Assembly: GCA_964484305.1 (NCBI GenBank)
Contig: CAZAEI010000001.1
Span: 26,936-90,935, forward strand
Reading direction: 5' to 3'
Source: an uncultured archaeon
GTDB lineage: Archaea; Aenigmatarchaeota; Aenigmatarchaeia; QMZP01
DNA length: 64,000 nt
The notes under the pieces were generated by a model. It was not told the origin of the DNA and searched no databases. It saw only the letters and a program-made list of their open reading frames with translations. Position 1 is the first letter of the stretch, and each line of letters opens with the position of its first letter. The position numbers were made by a program, and so were the translations under genes. This document shows, one piece after another, positions 9,550 to 19,417 of the stretch.

Positions 9550-10289
9550 GCCGCCTGTTTGTATACTTTCTTGGTTATATCCTCAACTTTTTTATCCAGC
9601 TCCTTGAGCTTATCCTCGTATTCTTTCTCTAACTTCTCGATGTTCCAGTCTATACCAACCACGTTTGCCTTGCCCATTTCCGAAAGCTCATCGGTTAGGG
9701 TCAATATAAACTTTTTATGGTTGTGGTATTCTCCAATCATTTTTGTCATATCAGTGCCTGGGGATGGCTTTTCTAATTCTTTCTCCATGAGGTTGACAGA
9801 GCTTCTGAGGTTGGAAATCTCCTGCTCTATCTGGGTTCTCTTTTTTTTCTCACTTTCTTCCAATTTTCCCCTGACCTTTTTCCCAAAATATCCTAACGGT
9901 CCTGAACCTCCTCCAAATCCGGGCATCTTTCCGCCTGCTCCGCCGCCGCTACCCCCGCCACCGATGAGGTGGCGCATGAAGGCCCAGAGGCCCATCAGGA
10001 TGACCGCGAACAGCCACCAGAACCTGCTCAGGGATACAAACATGGTGTAGAGCCCCTCCATGACTATGAAGGCGTACAGGGTAACAGAGATTAGCAGGCG
10101 CAGGCCCCGGGGCGCGTTCCCGTCCCCCCTGAAGATGAAATTGGTCAGTATGTAGACCAGCAGGATTATGAACACCGTGGGAAAGAAGAACAGGTAGAAC
10201 AGGGCCTCGATCTCAGATGCGTAACCGGTGCACTGCACCACGCTGCAGTTTATCCTGAGGGTATCGATAATAATATCGAGGAGTGCCAT
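9546..10289 (-). CDS. membrane protein with Gly-rich linker and C-terminal coiled coil
   Basis: The track start at 10325 is TTG; the ATG at 10289 (MALLDIII...) leaves a 93-bp AT-rich divergent promoter region. The protein has N-terminal TM helices, a GGGGSGGGAGG...FGGGSG linker and a Lys/Glu-rich heptad-like C-terminus. Confidence 0.4.
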   Translation of the reverse strand: MALLDIIIDTLRINCSVVQCTGYASEIEALFYLFFFPTVFIILLVYILTNFIFRGDGNAPRGLRLLISVTLYAFIVMEGLYTMFVSLSRFWWLFAVILMGLWAFMRHLIGGGGSGGGAGGKMPGFGGGSGPLGYFGKKVRGKLEESEKKKRTQIEQEISNLRSSVNLMEKELEKPSPGTDMTKMIGEYHNHKKFILTLTDELSEMGKANVVGIDWNIEKLEKEYEDKLKELDKKVEDITKKVYKQAA

Positions 10290-10381
10290 GATTCTATTTA
10301 GGAATTCAACTTTAAATAAAAACAAGTGACTATAATATAATCATAGCAGGTTAATTGTAGCAGGCGTTAGTCGGGATTGTC

Positions 10382-13300
10382 ATGAAGGGAGGCCCTGGTG
10401 TTGGCGGAGTTAGGCTGGCGTCTTTAGGTGTTGTTCTCTTGCTGGCCGTGCTGATGGCGGGGTATGCCCTGGCCGGGGAGTTCACTTCTGAGCCATCACC
10501 CTCAACCTACGAGGCTCAGGTGGCACCCAACATAAGCTTCGATGTAACCAACACAGACTCGCTCTATAACATAACAAACATAACCGTAATCTTCCCCTCA
10601 ACCCTCGAATTCGTGACAGGCAGCAATTACACCAACATGTCTAACTCCAGCATATCAAACACGGCAACCTCTTTCATGTGGGGCAACGCCACCCTCTTAG
10701 GAATCCTTCCAAACGGCTCGAGCACCTATCTCAACCTGAGCTTCCATAACATGACCGCTCCGGGAAACTACAGCTTCGAGCTGAACATCACCTTCACTAA
10801 TGGCTCCTATGATAACGAAACTCATAACGTTACCATCCAGGACACAACACCCCCTACAGACATTGTACTCCTAAATCCAGATAATGATACCTGGATAACC
10901 GCCTCCAGCGTATGGATAAATATAAGCTTCACAGAGCTGAATCCCTACAATTGTATATATGAGAACAGCACAGGAGATAACACAACCAACACATCCTCAG
11001 AAAGCCCCTGTCTTATTCTCGTGACAGACTATAACGAAAGCACCTGGACCTACAGTGTCTGGGTGAATGACACATCTGGAAACATTGCCCAAAATGGGGT
11101 ATACTACCTGGGTTACGACATCAGTGACCCTGTAGGCAACTCCCTGGGGCTTTTCTATCAGGGAACCAATGTCTCCAATGGGAGCATAACCGAGCTTGGC
11201 GACGTTGTGATAAGCGTCAACGTGACGGATTCGCTCTCGGGAATCAACACCTCCCTGAATGGTTCGGTCTATGCGAACATAACAAATTCCTCGGGTTATG
11301 TAATGACCATAGTCAACCTGACCCACACCTCGGGTGACATATTCAACGGGACCTGGGATGCGGACCAGTACAGCGCAGGGGGCGACAACTACTCCGTGAA
11401 CGTCACCGCAACCGACATTGCGGGAAACACCAGGATTTCTGCAATATCAACCGCCCTGGAGATAGTGGGTGCTCCCGAGCTCTTCTTGGACTTCTCGGGC
11501 TGGACTTCGGACAATGCTGCCCCGGGGCATCCCCACTACGGCAACAACCTTACGCTCAATGTTACTATATTCAATGGCGGAGAGGAAGACTTTGATGGGT
11601 ATGTTAACGTCACGCTTTCAAGGTCAGGAGTAGGTGAGATAGTAAGAACAAATGTCTCAAACACATCGCTGCAATACGGGGAGAATTACACTGTGGAATT
11701 CACTGTTCTGAGTGGTAACTTTTCTGGCGGCAACGGATACTATCTGTTCACGGCAGAGGTGGATCCGGCCTCAGAGAATGCAGTAGAAGAGAGTTCGGAG
11801 AACAACAACACCGGCACCTTCGGCCTCACCCTGGGATACAATGTGAGCCTCAACAAAATAAACAACGGCTCAGTGAGTTCTGAGCCCCCTGATATTGCGA
11901 ACGCCTTCCCGGACCGGAACGTCACGTTCAACATATCTGTTACATACGCCAATGGGGACCCTGTCTCTGGGATCACAGCAGAGAACCTCACATTCACAAA
12001 CACACCGCATTCAGAGGGTCAAGAAGACAACAGCACCCTAGGTAACAGGAATGCCATAGATTTCATTGGATGTGGTAGCGGTTTTTGCGTATTCAACTTC
12101 ACCACACACCCTCCTACATATGAAGCAGTAAATGAAAACGGAACACGCGCTGATCCGGGACTCAGTACCATGAGTGTCAGCATCTCGGATGGTGGGAACT
12201 ACACTGGGTCAGGAGGTTTTGACTACAACCTCACCGCGCCTGACCTGACAGTCTTAATCTGGGGCAACGGTAGGGATAATGTAATAGGTGATATAGACCT
12301 GGCAGGCTCAAGTTCCAAATGGGTGGAATTCAACATCACAGTAACCAACAATGGGAATGCCCCCGCATATGACATCCTTATTGATGATCCTGATGACTGG
12401 CTTTATGATGAATCTGTTTTTGAAGACCTGGACTCGGATGGTGATATATCACTTTCTGCATTGAACCCAGACGAGTCCCATATCTTCCCTGGTGCAGGTA
12501 AGGACTTGGAGATTAAGGCCATTGGGTTAGCTTCTGGCAGTGATGAGAATCTATATGTGACAGTGCACTACAACGACTCGGTGGATAATGAATATGAAGG
12601 TTTCGACTATGACAAGGTGGGTGTTGGTGACACAGGAAGCGGTGAAGAAGAGGAAGAAAATGGCGGGACAACGGACGGCGGCGACCTGGAGCTCGAGCTC
12701 ACCCTGACGGACTGGGATGACGAGATAGACGGCTACCCTGGGGGCTCGAACACGACCAGGGTGAAGGTCAAGAACACCGGGGACGTTACAGTGGTGGCCA
12801 AGGTGTCCTTCACCTGCGATGTTGTTGAGGATGACCCCACCATAGGGCCAATCTCCAAGAGCCTGGCCGTTGGAACGAGCCAAGAGTTCATAATCGATTT
12901 CAACATCGAGGATGACGCCGAGATAGGTGAGTACGACTGCACGGCAAAGGCCTATGTCTCCTCCTCAGAGGATGACTATGACACAGGGACCATTGTCCTA
13001 AGGGTCCTGGCCACAGGGGAGGTGGCAGAGGAGATAAACCAGAGCTGTCAGAACCTCTCGGCCACCATAGATGGCCTATTTGACAGGTTCTCCCTGATTA
13101 ACAGGGCCCTGGTGAACGACACCAACCTGAGCAGGGTTGAGAACCTCCTCAATACCGCCAACATCACCCTCCAGGACATACTGGATGCCATCGGGGACGG
13201 GGACTACATAACCGCGCATGACCTGATTGAGAGCCTCAACACCTCCCTGGGCAGCATAGAGGATGGCCTGTATGACCTGGAGCTCGAGCAGAGCCTGGGC

Positions 13301-13717
13301 GGCGGTCTGGCCTTCTCGGGGCAATGGTTCTGGTTTTTTATAATAATAGTTGTCGTGATAGCCGTTGCCTTCGTTGCCTACCTCCTCTTCCCCCAGAAGG
13401 GCTACGGCCCCAGGAAGAGCATCACAGACACGCTCAAGGATACCATCAGGATAGGGGCTTCAAGGGCCGGTGAAATCAAGGAAAAGGGCAAGTCGCTCGG
13501 ATCTGGAAGGAAGGAGCCCTTCAGGCCCTCGGGCTATGCAGGGGGTTATGAGAAGCAGGCCCCACCAGCAGCATACGGCTACAGGAAGGGCCCGGCCGGG
13601 AAGATTAAGGGTGCCTTCAGCAGGCTCAAGGAAAAGCTGAAGAGGAGGAAGAAGCCCCAGAAGGAGGTCACCCAGTACTTCGCCAGCTCCTCGAGCAACA
13701 TAATTAACTATTCGTGA
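10382..13717 (+). CDS. cell-surface glycoprotein (putative S-layer protein) with signal peptide, very many N-x-S/T sequons, C-terminal TM anchor and basic tail
   Basis: 1111 aa. N-terminal signal MKGG...LLLAVLMAGYALAGEF. The body is acidic and Asn/Thr/Ser-rich with dozens of NxS/T sites. The C-terminus WFWFFIIIVVVIAVAFVAYLLF is followed by a Lys/Arg-rich tail. The gene lies next to aglB. Confidence 0.6.
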   Translation: MKGGPGVGGVRLASLGVVLLLAVLMAGYALAGEFTSEPSPSTYEAQVAPNISFDVTNTDSLYNITNITVIFPSTLEFVTGSNYTNMSNSSISNTATSFMWGNATLLGILPNGSSTYLNLSFHNMTAPGNYSFELNITFTNGSYDNETHNVTIQDTTPPTDIVLLNPDNDTWITASSVWINISFTELNPYNCIYENSTGDNTTNTSSESPCLILVTDYNESTWTYSVWVNDTSGNIAQNGVYYLGYDISDPVGNSLGLFYQGTNVSNGSITELGDVVISVNVTDSLSGINTSLNGSVYANITNSSGYVMTIVNLTHTSGDIFNGTWDADQYSAGGDNYSVNVTATDIAGNTRISAISTALEIVGAPELFLDFSGWTSDNAAPGHPHYGNNLTLNVTIFNGGEEDFDGYVNVTLSRSGVGEIVRTNVSNTSLQYGENYTVEFTVLSGNFSGGNGYYLFTAEVDPASENAVEESSENNNTGTFGLTLGYNVSLNKINNGSVSSEPPDIANAFPDRNVTFNISVTYANGDPVSGITAENLTFTNTPHSEGQEDNSTLGNRNAIDFIGCGSGFCVFNFTTHPPTYEAVNENGTRADPGLSTMSVSISDGGNYTGSGGFDYNLTAPDLTVLIWGNGRDNVIGDIDLAGSSSKWVEFNITVTNNGNAPAYDILIDDPDDWLYDESVFEDLDSDGDISLSALNPDESHIFPGAGKDLEIKAIGLASGSDENLYVTVHYNDSVDNEYEGFDYDKVGVGDTGSGEEEEENGGTTDGGDLELELTLTDWDDEIDGYPGGSNTTRVKVKNTGDVTVVAKVSFTCDVVEDDPTIGPISKSLAVGTSQEFIIDFNIEDDAEIGEYDCTAKAYVSSSEDDYDTGTIVLRVLATGEVAEEINQSCQNLSATIDGLFDRFSLINRALVNDTNLSRVENLLNTANITLQDILDAIGDGDYITAHDLIESLNTSLGSIEDGLYDLELEQSLGGGLAFSGQWFWFFIIIVVVIAVAFVAYLLFPQKGYGPRKSITDTLKDTIRIGASRAGEIKEKGKSLGSGRKEPFRPSGYAGGYEKQAPPAAYGYRKGPAGKIKGAFSRLKEKLKRRKKPQKEVTQYFASSSSNIINYS

Positions 13718-13781
13718 TCTAAGAAATCCTTATAAATAGTACATTTAACAAATATGTGAAAGGAGTTCATGCGGTGTCAAT

Positions 13782-14066
13782 ATGTCTATACATTTCACTA
13801 ACATCAGAGATGATGAAAAAATAATCCTTCTAGACGTTTTAGGATATGAGGTTGCTAAAGACGGGCTAATCTTATCGAAGGATACTAAGAAACCACATAT
13901 TTGTCCCATAACTCAAGAGAAAGTCCATTTTAAAAATGTCTCTATTCTGCCCTGGAACTCTAGTATAGTCATAAATACTTCAGCTTTAAGCATCTCTGAG
14001 TATTTGTCTAGATTATCAGAAAGGTGTGATCATCATGGGCGAAACTCAAGAGATCGAGCAACTTAA
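13782..14066 (+). CDS. hypothetical protein (AT-rich islet ORF 1)
   Basis: 94-aa ORF in an abruptly AT-rich stretch with no recognisable motifs. It overlaps the next ORF by about 40 nt. Confidence 0.3.
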   Translation: MSIHFTNIRDDEKIILLDVLGYEVAKDGLILSKDTKKPHICPITQEKVHFKNVSILPWNSSIVINTSALSISEYLSRLSERCDHHGRNSRDRAT

Positions 14067-14745
14067 AACACTTTTGGAATTGTACAAAATAGGTAAAGAT
14101 GTAAAAAGAAAGATAATTGGGATTCTTGACAAAAAGAAATACGGATTTGTCCCCAATACAACAGAAGCTAATTCTTTGCAGAGGATAAATGAAAGTCCAA
14201 TTTTCTGTAGACTTAAGGAATGTGCCGGGAATCATTGGTCACTAAATCTTGTAAAGGTTGGGATATATATTATGGAGTTGAATGATGAAGATGAAAGGAT
14301 ACTCGTTAGAGAAATACGTGATAGGATTCATAAACAACATGGTCCAAAGGGGATGAAGATATTAAATCTTGGTAGCACTGGTGTTATACTGGATGTAATT
14401 GAATACCTAGATGATTTGAAGACGAGGAAGGGTTATGGGGAAGAGCATATAGCTTCAGAATTCGATAGAATTCTCGAGAATTGGGAGCAAATATCAATAT
14501 TTGTCCGTTCAGAACATGATGAAAATGCTCTCTACGATGAAATATTAACACACATGTATAGAAAAATCCATATTTTCTTTGTTTTTGCTTATGGGACTGC
14601 ATGTAAGGTCGCAATGACAACGATTGCAGAGATGAATAATGAAGGTATGATTACTGAGAGATATGGCTACTTGTTCTGGGTTAAACCTGGGAAGGATAGA
14701 GCAGGAAAAATAAAATATACGTGGGAATTTGAACTTTGTACATAG
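14026..14745 (+). CDS. hypothetical protein (AT-rich islet ORF 2)
   Basis: 239-aa ORF, Lys/Glu/Ile-rich, with AT-rich codon usage unlike the surrounding genes. No family recognised. Confidence 0.4.
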   Translation: MIIMGETQEIEQLKTLLELYKIGKDVKRKIIGILDKKKYGFVPNTTEANSLQRINESPIFCRLKECAGNHWSLNLVKVGIYIMELNDEDERILVREIRDRIHKQHGPKGMKILNLGSTGVILDVIEYLDDLKTRKGYGEEHIASEFDRILENWEQISIFVRSEHDENALYDEILTHMYRKIHIFFVFAYGTACKVAMTTIAEMNNEGMITERYGYLFWVKPGKDRAGKIKYTWEFELCT

Positions 14746-14778
14746 GGTTGTCTCATCTTAACGAACTACAGGAATCAG

Positions 14779-16575
14779 TCAGTCTTTGTTCATGGCCTCC
14801 ACTATCCTGGCATAGGCCGGCCTCGTGATGAGGATGCCCACCAGGACACCCACTATCGTGGTTATTGCGAAGCCCCTCAGGAATCCGATGCCTATCGTCA
14901 TGAGGGGGACCATGGCCGCTATGCTAGTGGCAGCGGCCCCGAATATTATGAAGAAGGCCCTATTTATCTTCTCCTTCAGGGTATAGGAGCGCCTATCCTT
15001 CCTGCCTGTCAGGGTCTCGTCTGCGATGATTATCTGGTGGTCCACCCCTGTTCCTATGGCTGCTATTATCCCGCCTATTGCGGGCAGGTCTATTGTCCAT
15101 GAGGCCATGCCCAGGAGCGGAATCAGGAGCACGCCCGCCCATGCATAGAGGTCTATCTCGTGCTTCTTCCACCAGGCTGTGGCCACGAAGAGGAAGGCCA
15201 GGACCATAACGGTCCCCCATATCACGGAGTCGTTTATGGCAGCTATCCCGAGGATTACGACAACCTCGGAGAGGCCAATCAGGACCATGGGTATGGCCAC
15301 CTTGAGGGTCCTGTACCTGATGAATACTATCACTATCACCAGGGCGGCGGCAAAGATGGCGGCATACATAGTGGAATGGAGGAACTCCCCTCCCAGGGCC
15401 GGGGACATGATGTCCACGCTCACTGCCTCAAGTGAGGTTGGAAGCGCCCCTGACCTGAGTATGGTCTGGAGCCTGAGCTTCTCCTGAATCGCATCCTCCT
15501 GCTCTGTCCTGCTCCCTGTGACCTGGGGGTTCTGGACCAGGCGCCCACCAAGGTCAGAGGATATCCTCAGGTCAGAAACCAGCTGGTCATCCAGGTATAG
15601 GAAGAGCACGCTCTCCAGATATCGCTCCCCTGACTGGAGGTCCAGGTAGCTCAGTGATCCTGACGTGATGTCTGCAAACCTCTGGGCCCCATCTGTGGAC
15701 ACCAGCACGCCAAAGAAGAACTTGTAGCCCCCCTGTATGGGTATCACCCCGGAGCTCTGTGGGTCGGTATAGACCAACTCTATGTCATTGCTGTCATAGG
15801 CCTTGCCCATAAAGAGCAGGACATTCTCAGCTGTCTTGTTTACATACTCAAACTCAATGCCGCCCAGGGTGTGGTTGTCCCCGGTCCCCATGGCATGGCC
15901 ATCGAGCTCGATTGTATCGTTCCCAGTAAGCCTGACGGGGAAGGTCTCGTCCCCCAGCTGGAAGCTCCCATCTCCCACCACCAGGTGGACGTGCTTGGAT
16001 ATCTTGGCCTCAAAGTTCCCCTGAGTGGAGAGCAGGTCGTCCACGATGTCGCGGCTTATCCCCGCTACCTCTATCAGGACGTAGTATTCGCCCTGGGCAT
16101 CCCTGACCGGGATGAAGTTCATCTCCCTCAGGCCGTAGAGGTTGGCCCTGGTCTGGAGCGTGGATATCACCTGGTCTATGGTCTCCTTGGTGGCGTTGTC
16201 CTTGGGCTTGAGGACTATGCGGGTTCCTCCACGGAGGTCGAGGCCGAAGTTCAGGTTGCTCTTCTCTATATCGACAACATCGATGCCCAGGGTCTCATTA
16301 ACAGTGAATGTGTATTTCCTGCCATCTGCCACAAACTCTACCTCTCCTGTGAGCCCCTTGGTCAGCTCCTCCCATCCCGATAGGCCGTTCACAGTTTGGC
16401 CATTTACAGTGGATATGACCATGCCCTGCTCAAGGACCCCGCGCGCGGGGGATTCATCAGAGAAGTATACAATCTCCACTGCATTGCGGCCGTAGGGGTA
16501 TGTCTTGAAGCCTATGGCCAGGACTGAGCCGAACACGACCAGTACCAGCAGCCATATCCTCCAGTACTTGAGCAT
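14779..16575 (-). CDS. secD: protein-export membrane protein SecD
   Basis: SecD-type periplasmic domain followed by a 6-TM C-terminus (IIIADETLTGRK...ITRPAY). The track start at 16602 is GTG; the ATG at 16575 gives an ATGA overlap with the secF stop. Confidence 0.85.
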   Translation of the reverse strand: MLKYWRIWLLVLVVFGSVLAIGFKTYPYGRNAVEIVYFSDESPARGVLEQGMVISTVNGQTVNGLSGWEELTKGLTGEVEFVADGRKYTFTVNETLGIDVVDIEKSNLNFGLDLRGGTRIVLKPKDNATKETIDQVISTLQTRANLYGLREMNFIPVRDAQGEYYVLIEVAGISRDIVDDLLSTQGNFEAKISKHVHLVVGDGSFQLGDETFPVRLTGNDTIELDGHAMGTGDNHTLGGIEFEYVNKTAENVLLFMGKAYDSNDIELVYTDPQSSGVIPIQGGYKFFFGVLVSTDGAQRFADITSGSLSYLDLQSGERYLESVLFLYLDDQLVSDLRISSDLGGRLVQNPQVTGSRTEQEDAIQEKLRLQTILRSGALPTSLEAVSVDIMSPALGGEFLHSTMYAAIFAAALVIVIVFIRYRTLKVAIPMVLIGLSEVVVILGIAAINDSVIWGTVMVLAFLFVATAWWKKHEIDLYAWAGVLLIPLLGMASWTIDLPAIGGIIAAIGTGVDHQIIIADETLTGRKDRRSYTLKEKINRAFFIIFGAAATSIAAMVPLMTIGIGFLRGFAITTIVGVLVGILITRPAYARIVEAMNKD

Positions 16576-17432
16576 CACAATCCCTTCCTTTCCGCATACC
16601 ACCTTATTATCGTGGCGTTCATCAGCCAGGTGTTGATTATGTCTATCGCGAGGCCCAGTAACAGGACAGATGCTATTGCGAACAGAACCGGAGAGGTTGT
16701 TGTCAGGATGATGGCTGCCATCACACCAAGCGTCGTCAGTGTCATGGTCATGCCTGTCTTGAAGGCGCCCCGGGTCCTTGCGGCCACGGAGTCCTCCCGG
16801 GTCCTGATGACCCTGGTAGTCAGGAGTATGTCGGTGTCAATGGAATATCCTATAAGCATCAGCAGGGCAGCAAAGCTCGCCAGGGAGAGTTCTATTGAGA
16901 AGACTTGCATGAGTGCCAGGGTAACTATGATATCAAAGACAGCGGCAAGTATGACCGCTGTTGACGGGACGAATGTCCTGAATATCACAAACACTATGAT
17001 GCCCATGAGTATGAAGGCTACCACAAGGCTTATCTGGGCCTGTATCCAGAAGCTCTCCCCCAGGGAGGGCCCTATGGTCTCAACAGAGGTGTCGCTCGTG
17101 TCCACCCCCAGGGACTCCAGGCTTGACCTGACCTCATCAACATCAACCCCTGATTCCACCTGCACGCTGAGGCCGAACCCGGAGAAGCTCCTCAGTTCCC
17201 TGACAACGACCTGGCCGAACCGCTCTGAGAGGCCCTCCTCGATGAGGCCCAGGTCATGCGGTGAATCGGTCCTGATGGAGAGCAGGGTCCCGCCCTTCAG
17301 GTCAATAGACCTCTGGAACCACTCCCCTGTCTGGCTGTAGTTATAGGACAGCAGGCCTGCGGCCAGGACCAGCAGCAGGATAGGTACTGCAAGAAGGGGT
17401 TTGTAGGCTCCAATGCCCTTCTCCTCAGACAT
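16575..17432 (-). CDS. secF: protein-export membrane protein SecF
   Basis: SecF topology and motifs, immediately upstream of secD on the same strand. The track start at 17441 is GTG; the ATG at 17432 is used here. Confidence 0.85.
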   Translation of the reverse strand: MSEEKGIGAYKPLLAVPILLLVLAAGLLSYNYSQTGEWFQRSIDLKGGTLLSIRTDSPHDLGLIEEGLSERFGQVVVRELRSFSGFGLSVQVESGVDVDEVRSSLESLGVDTSDTSVETIGPSLGESFWIQAQISLVVAFILMGIIVFVIFRTFVPSTAVILAAVFDIIVTLALMQVFSIELSLASFAALLMLIGYSIDTDILLTTRVIRTREDSVAARTRGAFKTGMTMTLTTLGVMAAIILTTTSPVLFAIASVLLLGLAIDIINTWLMNATIIRWYAERKGL

Positions 17433-17534
17433 CACAATCACTCGGTTGCAGAATATACAAGCGTAATTATATACAATATGTTTTAGGTAATAAATAACGA
17501 GTATTGTTTATAAGCTTGGGGGGAAGATTTTATC

Positions 17535-18569
17535 ATGCACGACGTGGTTGTTGTGGGTGCCGGGCCTGCCGGACTGATGTGCGCGAGCCTGTGCGAGAAA
17601 TCGGGCCTGGACGTGCTTGTCCTAGAGAGGAAGCCCAAGATAGGACTGCCTGTCCAGTGCTCTGGCCTCATATCAAGGAATATTGACAGGCTTGTCAGGC
17701 CTCCAGGGAACTGCATAGAGCACAGGGTGAATGGGGCCATTGTCCACGGCCCTGGCGGAAGGGATATCAGGCTCGAGAAGCCCGGAACCGCTGCCTACGT
17801 AATAGACAGGGCTGCTTTTGATGTATTCCTGGCAGGGAGGGTGAAGTCAGAAATCCGCATGAAGACCGAGGTCAGGGGGCTCCAGTACAGCGGGGATGGC
17901 GTGAAGGTCTCCACCAGCAGGAGCGAGGTCATGGCCCGGGCTGTCCTGGGGTGCGATGGACCCTCGTCTGTTGTGGCCAGGCACTTCGGGCAAAGAAGAC
18001 CCAGGGAGATGCTCCAGGGCGTGATAATCCTCGAGAAGAAACCGGACAGGTCTGGTTTCGTGGAGCTCTGGCTGGACAGGAAGCTCTGCGACGGCTTCCT
18101 GTGGAGGATTCCCCGGGGGAAATCTGTCGAGTACGGCATGCTCGGGAGCAGGGCCGGCTTCAGGCAACTCGAGAAATTCTTTGGTGTTGGTGAGGGCCTG
18201 GAGAAGCGGGCCGGCCTGATTCCCATAGGCCCCGGCAAGACCTACTTTGACAGGACCCTGCTCGTGGGCGACGCAGCTGCCCAGACCAAGCCCTGGTCAG
18301 GGGGCGGGGTTGTCTACGGCCTGACAGCAGCGGGCCACGCAGCCAGGACCATCAGGCAGGCCCTTGCAAGAAATGATTTGTCAGAGAAGGCCCTGGCAGG
18401 CTATGAGCATGCCTGGAGGGCTGAGCTGGACAGGCCCATCCAGATGGGTATGATGGCCAGGGAGCTCTACAGGGAGATGGACAACAGGCAGCTCGGCGAG
18501 TTCCTTGACAGGCTAGCCGGGATTGATTTGAACAGCCTGGACATGGACTTCCCTGCCCTGGGGTTCTGA
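17535..18569 (+). CDS. FAD-dependent oxidoreductase, geranylgeranyl reductase family
   Basis: N-terminal Rossmann motif VVVVGAGPAGLMCAS..LERK together with a GD-type FAD motif (LLVGDAAAQTKPWSGGG). 344 aa. Confidence 0.7.
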   Translation: MHDVVVVGAGPAGLMCASLCEKSGLDVLVLERKPKIGLPVQCSGLISRNIDRLVRPPGNCIEHRVNGAIVHGPGGRDIRLEKPGTAAYVIDRAAFDVFLAGRVKSEIRMKTEVRGLQYSGDGVKVSTSRSEVMARAVLGCDGPSSVVARHFGQRRPREMLQGVIILEKKPDRSGFVELWLDRKLCDGFLWRIPRGKSVEYGMLGSRAGFRQLEKFFGVGEGLEKRAGLIPIGPGKTYFDRTLLVGDAAAQTKPWSGGGVVYGLTAAGHAARTIRQALARNDLSEKALAGYEHAWRAELDRPIQMGMMARELYREMDNRQLGEFLDRLAGIDLNSLDMDFPALGF

Positions 18570-18635
18570 ATCCCCAGGCAGCAATATTTAAGGGCTCAGG
18601 ACAACATCTTTCTGTCTATACATGGAGGTTGTTAA

Positions 18636-18965
18636 ATGCCAGAGCAGAAGGGGATTAACCTGAACCTGTCACCGAATGTCATGCCCATACACGCGGACGA
18701 GGCCATGATTCACACAAAGATAAGGGCCAAGAAGGATGGTGACGGCGTCAAAAAGATAGGCCACCTGAGAATATGGTTCATAGACACCCTCGCGAACAGG
18801 GTAGTTTCTGACATCGTGATTGACATGGGTCTCGCTGAATCATTATCAGGGCTTCTGAAAGGGAAGACCACCGAGCTGATAGAGGAACTGAAGAGCGACA
18901 AGCTGCCGGAACCGCAGAAGAAGCCGGCAACCACATCAGGCAGGGAAACAAGCTATATAGGGTGA
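18636..18965 (+). CDS. hypothetical protein (possibly DUF3467-like)
   Basis: 109 aa. Only weak resemblance to the small archaeal/bacterial DUF3467 family; no motif-level support. Confidence 0.3.
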   Translation: MPEQKGINLNLSPNVMPIHADEAMIHTKIRAKKDGDGVKKIGHLRIWFIDTLANRVVSDIVIDMGLAESLSGLLKGKTTELIEELKSDKLPEPQKKPATTSGRETSYIG

Positions 18966-19030
18966 ATGGCCAAAGTCTGTGGATTGTGGTTTCAAGATTA
19001 CTAATAAATATCTTGGCCATAATTTTAATC

Positions 19031-19399
19031 ATGGTCGGGATAAATGAGGGACTAAAGAAGCTGATTGAAGGGAATGCCTTGGCATTTGCGAGTATTGATG
19101 ATTCTGGAAACCCCCATTGCATTGCCGTTGCTGACGTGAAGGTTGCCTCCAAAAACCAAATTCTTATCGGAGATAATTACATTGTTGAGACACTAAAGAA
19201 TATCAAGCGAAACAAGAATGTTGCCTTGGCGGTCTGGAACAGAAACTGGGAAGAGGAGTGTGTAGGTTACGAATTAAAGGGAACTGCTGATTATTTCACA
19301 GGAGGCAGGTGGCACGAAATGGTCAAAGAACTTCATAAAGGATTTCCTGCAAAGGGCGCAATCCTAATAACAGTAAACAAAATTAAAAAATTGGCATAA
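19031..19399 (+). CDS. pyridoxamine 5'-phosphate oxidase-family FMN-binding protein
   Basis: The track ORF 18962..19399 starts at a GTG with a hydrophobic leader; the ATG at 19031 gives about 122 aa. Its pattern (LAFASIDDSGNPHCIAV...KNVALAVWN) is typical of PPOX-like split-barrel proteins. The gene is AT-rich relative to its neighbours. Confidence 0.5.
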   Translation: MVGINEGLKKLIEGNALAFASIDDSGNPHCIAVADVKVASKNQILIGDNYIVETLKNIKRNKNVALAVWNRNWEEECVGYELKGTADYFTGGRWHEMVKELHKGFPAKGAILITVNKIKKLA

Positions 19400-19417
19400 C
19401 TGCCACTGAGCCCTGCA

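Noticed and set aside
9900-9965. The stretch cctccaaatccgggcatctttccgcctgctccgccgccgctacccccgccacc as a possible low-complexity DNA repeat or G-quadruplex element
   Set aside because: It is simply the reverse complement of the Gly-rich linker (GGGSGGGAGG...FGGGSG) coding region of the minus-strand membrane protein gene.
16575-16602. 28-nt overlap between the secF and secD track ORFs as a possible frameshift or fusion
   Set aside because: The secD track start is an upstream GTG. Using the in-frame ATG at 16575 gives a standard ATGA stop/start junction.
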